A DNA stretch of 64,000 bases from Pocillopora damicornis (taxonomy: Eukaryota), in contig NW_020845755.1 of NCBI RefSeq assembly GCF_003704095.1, positions 434,001 through 498,000 of the forward strand, written 5' to 3'. The translations under genes were made by a program, and so were the position numbers. This document shows positions 61,445-64,000 of this stretch, piece after piece; the first letter of the stretch is position 1, and every line of letters starts with the position of its first letter. The notes under the pieces are model-generated. The model did no database searches and had not been told where the DNA came from. It was given only the letters and a program-made list of their open reading frames with translations.

Positions 61445-61785
61445 CAAGGTCGAAGTACGTTTGGGCTTCTGCTTACAACTTGTAAATATGGCAATTAACT
61501 GTAAATAGTCCTTATTTTAAAATAATCACCACCTGAATAGTGACTGCAACTTCCAGTTTAATGGTATCACTGCGAAATTGAAATTATAGATCATCGCATC
61601 CGCGCCCAAATAAAAGGAAGGGCATTATTTCTTGTTTCCTGCTGCCGCTTGTTAAATAGTGGTTGAAACAAGGTTGATAAATCAGATAAGTGTAATTAAT
61701 AAGGAGACTACGAGCTCAAGATTTCAATCAGGAAGCTCTCCCTTGTGCTTCTACAGATATTTTTAGCAAACATTTTTTGGTACTT

Positions 61786-63853
61786 CTATGATAGGTACAT
61801 ACTAAAAACGTACAAAATTCCAAATGAAGCATATAAGACGGCAATTTTTTGTGGTAGAGTGAAATGTTTCCCTTCAAAACACGCTACACTTAAATTAAAG
61901 GCGAAAGGTAGAGTAAGCAAAGTTAACCCGAAATACAGCGAGGTAGTTGCAGCTTGTAAACCTACTATTACATATGGGAACAACATAAATAAAGTGTGAA
62001 AATAACATGCGCGCTGTGGTCCAACAAGTACTGCCAGTGTCCTGTAGCCAGCTCTGATGTCTGTCTTAAGATCACGTGTGTTTTGACTAGGGGGGAAAAA
62101 ACACGTCAAACGTCACATTGTATTAATAGGAACAATTTATGACCCTTAAGTCGTCTATTCTCAATATCTGACCCAGAGGAACAAGGACTCTGGGAACATG
62201 AATCAATAGTATTACGAAAGCTCAAACTATATGGCCGTACGCATGCGTGTAGAACCTGTGTCATCGGTGTCCACGGAAAGGTTTCGCAAATGGTCGATTT
62301 GTCCGTAAAAGTGCTGGTTGTTCTGCTGCCTTTCTTTTACTTTTCTCTTTTTTGAGACCTTTCAGTTGTGCGAAAAAAAACCCAGCATTTCGACGTTGGT
62401 AATTGGTGCTCTATATGCTGGTCCTATATATATATTCTATATTCTTATATAGATCTATATCTTATATATTGTGGGAATAAAAAGACAAATAAACTACTAG
62501 TTCATCCCTACAGACCTGTTTCGTGGTTGCCCACTCATCAGGGGATTTAATGAGAATAGATCTTTACCATAGTAGCGATGGTAAAGATCTATTCTCATTA
62601 AGTCCCCTGATGGGTGGGCAACCACGAAACAGGTCTGTAAGGATGAACTGGTAGTTTATTTGTCTTTTTCTTCCCACAATATATACATCGCTCTACTCCT
62701 ATGCATTGAGCACTGTCTTACGTAAAGTCAAAATTACTCTTTATATCTATATCTTATATATATCCTATATATATAATCTGTATTCTTAAAAATATTGTGT
62801 ATTGGATTTTTCCTTTATCCAGATCAACCACGAACTTTGAGATTAACAGCCCTTGACTTAAGAAGCGGGAATTTAATTTCGATTCATTATTCTGCCTGAT
62901 AATGGCTTGATTGAAGCCACTGTTACGATAAACGCAAACTTCCGCGGGTATAATGAGGTGCGTAGTGCGAAGTGCGTAGTGCAGCCAAGCGTAACAGGTG
63001 TAAGGATTAGATTCATTACACGAAGTTAGCTTTTTCTCATAATTGCGATGTCTGAGTAACTCAGTCACGAAAGAATATCACTAGCCTAAGAACCAATAGT
63101 AGAAACGAGAATATGTCCTTAGCCCTGTAACCTCGGTCACACTTGACTAGCTTTCGTCGACTTGACGATCTCGTGGGAGGCAACCCGAGTGGTAAGGGTT
63201 AAATTATTCAAGAGACAAGTAAACATGTCTCGCGCTTGAGGTGTCACGAATGAGTTAAAAAAGTAAGAGGCAACTTCCTACCTGTGAAATATAGCTTCTG
63301 TGAATAGCATAAAAGGCAAAGAGTAAGTTACCATCCAAGTATACGACAATTGCCGGTGAACGGTTCCAACCTGTTGAATGTAACTGAACACAAGAGACAG
63401 AGGACCGAATATCCCACAGGCTAACACGTCGCCGACTACAATGTTCTTCAATCCTCCACCATGTAACATTGAAGTGAGAAAACCAGTAGCGTACAGGCCA
63501 AATTCCAGCCTGAATTCTGCTTCAGAGACCACAGCTAGACAGCAAAACGCTGCTGAAGCAAGAACATAACTCCATACCGCCCATTTTGCGCTGATTTCGA
63601 GCGTGACTCGTCTTGTGGTAGACGAAATGAAAAACCTTCGGTCTTCGGCCTCGTAATACGAGTTTGCAAAGTTCCCTGCCGCGTGAGTGAGGAGGATAAC
63701 AAGAGCTGTGAGGAAACATTTCACAACATCAAACTTGCCGTCATGTTTCCAGGCGAGAACTGTCCCCAGAAGAAATGACAAAATCGACGCTGGGAAGGTC
63801 CATGGCTCCAATGATTTAATAAATATGTTGCGTTTGTTTGAGTTAAAAGACAT
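61786..63853 (-). CDS. Divergent UBIAD1-like prenyltransferase paralogue, 290 aa, 2 coding exons
   Basis: Exons 63853-63282 and 62086-61786 (phase 2, 873 nt). The junction rebuilds EAIFHSQNTRDLKTDIRAG. It is collinear with UBIAD1 at 36824 (LEPWTFPAS, HAAGNFANSYY, GD, FGPL, LPQKIA). Confidence 0.88.
62463..62685. repeat. Near-perfect palindrome: two 108-bp arms, 7-nt loop, 5 mismatches
   Basis: 62463-62570 is the reverse complement of 62578-62685, with loop AGTAGCG. It is flanked by TA-rich sequence. Confidence 0.95.
62504..62546 (-). ncRNA. Intact minimal type I hammerhead ribozyme motif (family 2)
   Basis: AUCCC-CUGAUGA-GUGG-GCAA-CCAC-GAA-ACAG-GU-CUGU-A-GGGAU: perfect core, 5-bp stem I, 4-bp stem II with GNRA loop, 4-bp stem III, GUA triplet. 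Confidence 0.8.
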
Positions 63854-64000
63854 AGTCAGCTGTTATTTTCATAGCTTCAATGTCATGTGATAAAACGTCA
63901 GAAAATTCGGTGAAAATGGCAAAGGTCGAAAGGAACAATTTTTTTTCGGTGACTATAATGAAATTTGGACGCAGTTTAGAGTGAAGTTCTCTCTAGACTA

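Noticed and set aside
62754-63068. 104-aa ORF in the UBIAD1-like intron next to the palindrome
   Set aside because: GTG start, no recognisable motif, and it runs into a TA microsatellite.
1-64000. CRISPR arrays, rRNA genes or prokaryotic operons
   Set aside because: None seen. The sequence is spliced eukaryotic DNA and its repeats are dispersed or inverted, not regularly spaced.

Overview
Eukaryotic, AT-rich, intron-containing DNA. The gene set and repeat types suggest a cnidarian, probably a stony coral (inference). I reconstructed spliced models by hand, and every model below closes in frame. Recognisable genes: SPSB/gustavus (-), SLC25A11 (+, 11 exons), a Shaker/Kv1 channel (+), UBIAD1 (+, intronless), an ETS factor (+, 7 exons), CPTP (-) head-to-head with INTS11 (+, 25 exons), and a second, strongly divergent UBIAD1-like gene (-). 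The first 11 kb holds unrecognised minus-strand genes, two of which share a ~118-aa helical domain (~30% identity by hand alignment). Repeats include two Penelope-like element fragments, several MITEs, a probable tRNA-derived SINE and two families of minimal hammerhead ribozyme motifs. One hammerhead is intact and lies inside a 108-bp-arm palindrome in the UBIAD1-like intron. There is a 395-N assembly gap at 19318-19712. The most notable points are the unrecognised paralogous domain pair, the hairpin-embedded hammerhead, the UBIAD1 paralogue with altered catalytic motifs, and the CPTP-INTS11 head-to-head pair that matches the human arrangement.
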